DNA of 13,321 bases from Nanobdellota archaeon (lineage in GTDB: Archaea > Nanobdellota > Nanobdellia > Nanobdellales > Nanobdellaceae), in the NCBI GenBank assembly GCA_020697515.1, contig JAIXNB010000009.1:1-13321 (forward strand), read 5' to 3'. The translations under genes were made by a program, and so were the position numbers. How positions within the stretch are numbered: the first letter of the stretch is position 1; the number at the start of each line of letters is the position of its first letter. Below are positions 11,900 through 13,321 of the stretch, piece by piece. Below the pieces are notes generated by a model, which was not told where the DNA came from, made no database searches, and saw only the letters and a list, made by a program, of their open reading frames with translations.

Positions 11900-13245
11900 C
11901 TTTTAGCTAATAGTTTTCCAATAATTGGAAGCAAATGAGCCACATTGTTTCTTACAAAATCCTCATAGATACTATAGGCTATTACTACAAGCAATAATAA
12001 AGAGGTTCCCGCCAACGCGGATCCTAGTATGTCTGCAATGGAGGCTAAGAACCCTATAAGGATTCCAGATAGAATACTAATAGATCTTATATACTTCTCT
12101 AAAGCTCTCTCAAGGATTCTCGGATCTCTCATGCTTAGTTGTATCATGGGAGAAGCCGCGAGCTGCTGGGCTATTGTACGCGCGTCCATACCTGCAGATA
12201 TAACCCATAAGTAAGACAGTATAGGTGCTCCAATTATATAAATTAAAAAATATACTATAATATGAAGTATGTTCTTTAGATCTAACAGGTAGCTGAGACC
12301 ATAAATAGATAAATTGTATATCAGATTGGGTCTTGTTAATATCCAAGGAATTTGGTTACTACCAGTTATCCACATATAAATATTTTCTATCTGTATAAGT
12401 ATTGCAAATAACAATATTATAGGAATTACTGATGTATATAGCACCCTTATTGGGAACTTCATGATCTTACCACCAATTCTCGCCATTAATAATGGTACCT
12501 CCACACGTGTAGCCTGTAAATATGCAGCTAAAATCAGTATGCTAATAGTTGTTGCAATTATTAAGAATACTCCAATTGCTTCATTTAAATTTCCTTGCAA
12601 CAATAAGTGTATACCTACGAAGAATAAACCGGTTGGAGTTTGCCCCTCGGTTGGTGGAAAAGGATTAAGAAGTCTTATCATAAGAGCCCTAGATATTGAA
12701 GCCAGAATAAATAAGTTAACACCGGCAGTGATTGCATATTTCAATGCATAATCATCCAGAAGTACTATTATTATACCTCCAATAACCAGTTGTAAGAATA
12801 TGATAAGATACATTAACAAAGGAGGTACCCCTAAACTAAAATCCGGCTTTAATGTACCTGAAATAAGTATTACTAGAGCCTCTATTAATATAAAAACAAA
12901 GGTTAGAAACCTTTGATAGTTATCAAATTTCATTCTTCCTTCTTCAGACTGGAGGTTGATGTTAATGATTTCTCCACCAACTAATAATTGAAGAAATATA
13001 CCAGCCATAACAATTGGTCCTATACCAAGAGTTACTAAGGTTCCAAAAGATGAACCAAAAATCCACGCTAACTCTCTAAGCCTCTCCGAAATCTCGGTAG
13101 ATATCCCCCAAAGGGGGATCGTAGCTAATACAAAATATAGGACTAATACTATTAATGTGTGCTTTAATCTCTCATTGAACGATAGAGGATGTGAAGGTCC
13201 TTTAACTATGGGGATGTATTGAGATAAGCGATCTATAATATCCAT
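11896..13245 (-). CDS. secY: Preprotein translocase subunit SecY
   Basis: 449 aa with 10 hydrophobic segments. Motifs: FNERLKHTLIVLVLYFVL, WGI, GTLVTLGIGPIVMAGIFLQLL, and the C-terminal IADILG..ALAGTSLLLLVVIAY typical of archaeal SecY/Sec61alpha. Confidence 0.97.
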   Translation of the reverse strand: MDIIDRLSQYIPIVKGPSHPLSFNERLKHTLIVLVLYFVLATIPLWGISTEISERLRELAWIFGSSFGTLVTLGIGPIVMAGIFLQLLVGGEIININLQSEEGRMKFDNYQRFLTFVFILIEALVILISGTLKPDFSLGVPPLLMYLIIFLQLVIGGIIIVLLDDYALKYAITAGVNLFILASISRALMIRLLNPFPPTEGQTPTGLFFVGIHLLLQGNLNEAIGVFLIIATTISILILAAYLQATRVEVPLLMARIGGKIMKFPIRVLYTSVIPIILLFAILIQIENIYMWITGSNQIPWILTRPNLIYNLSIYGLSYLLDLKNILHIIVYFLIYIIGAPILSYLWVISAGMDARTIAQQLAASPMIQLSMRDPRILERALEKYIRSISILSGILIGFLASIADILGSALAGTSLLLLVVIAYSIYEDFVRNNVAHLLPIIGKLLAKR

Positions 13246-13293
13246 AACTGAGTTCTTTAAAACAAAAGTTTATATTTTAATTTCTATAAAATA

Positions 13294-13313
13294 TGTCGTT
13301 CGTGAGAACGACA
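13294..13313. promoter_or_regulatory. Second copy of the palindrome TGTCGTT-N6-AACGACA, upstream of the secY promoter
   Basis: TGTCGTT (13294-13300), spacer CGTGAG, AACGACA (13307-13313). It is centred about 30 bp upstream of a TATA-like tract (13269-13279, minus strand TAAAATATAAA), which itself lies about 29 nt upstream of the secY ATG. Confidence 0.5.
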
Positions 13314-13321
13314 CTTCTATA

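Noticed and set aside
1-13321. CRISPR arrays, IS elements, toxin-antitoxin pairs or known defence systems
   Set aside because: There are no regularly spaced direct repeats, no transposase or cas-like ORFs, and no terminal inverted repeats. Every ORF over 90 aa is accounted for by housekeeping or conserved-hypothetical families.

Overview
This is an AT-rich, tightly packed archaeal chromosomal window. The stable RNAs have almost all-GC stems against the AT-rich background, which points to a hyperthermophile. The gene set is informational and housekeeping with no metabolic enzymes: XerA recombinase, archaeal histone, MetAP-2, CutA, Nog1 GTPase, Hsp20, AMMECR1 and MEMO, L14e, L34e, a DUF106/YidC-like protein, and SecY. 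I support 16 protein genes, 2 tRNAs (one cut by the window edge) and several small RNAs and regulatory sites. All other track ORFs are antisense shadows. I see no CRISPR array, transposon or recognisable defence system.

The most interesting material is non-coding:
1. The 460-bp gap between xerA and the histone gene (941-1403) holds a cluster of guide RNAs. It contains an H/ACA hairpin whose pocket is complementary to the conserved archaeal 16S sequence GGAGG-UG-CAUGGCC. Next comes an unusual chain of alternating C-like and D-like boxes with CAGA D boxes, whose 12-nt spacers complement the 16S 3' end. Last is a textbook C/D box sRNA.
2. A second candidate C/D sRNA with co-varying non-canonical boxes lies on the minus strand at 8512-8561.
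3. An identical palindrome, TGTCGTT-N6-AACGACA, lies upstream of two unrelated promoter regions (4096-4115 and 13294-13313).
4. A perfect 9-bp palindrome covers the hsp20 promoter and start codon.

On the coding side, three things stand out. A short Orc1/Cdc6-like AAA+/winged-helix gene is divergent from a small-ORF/ParA-like operon. A KaiC-like ATPase is translationally coupled to an AI-2E-type permease. The conserved secY-adk-DUF106-L34e-cmk-L14e array is present but lacks both kinase genes, which suggests a reduced (DPANN/Nanoarchaeota-like) genome.

All rRNA complementarity claims rest on conserved rRNA sequence recalled from memory and need checking against this organism's own rRNA.
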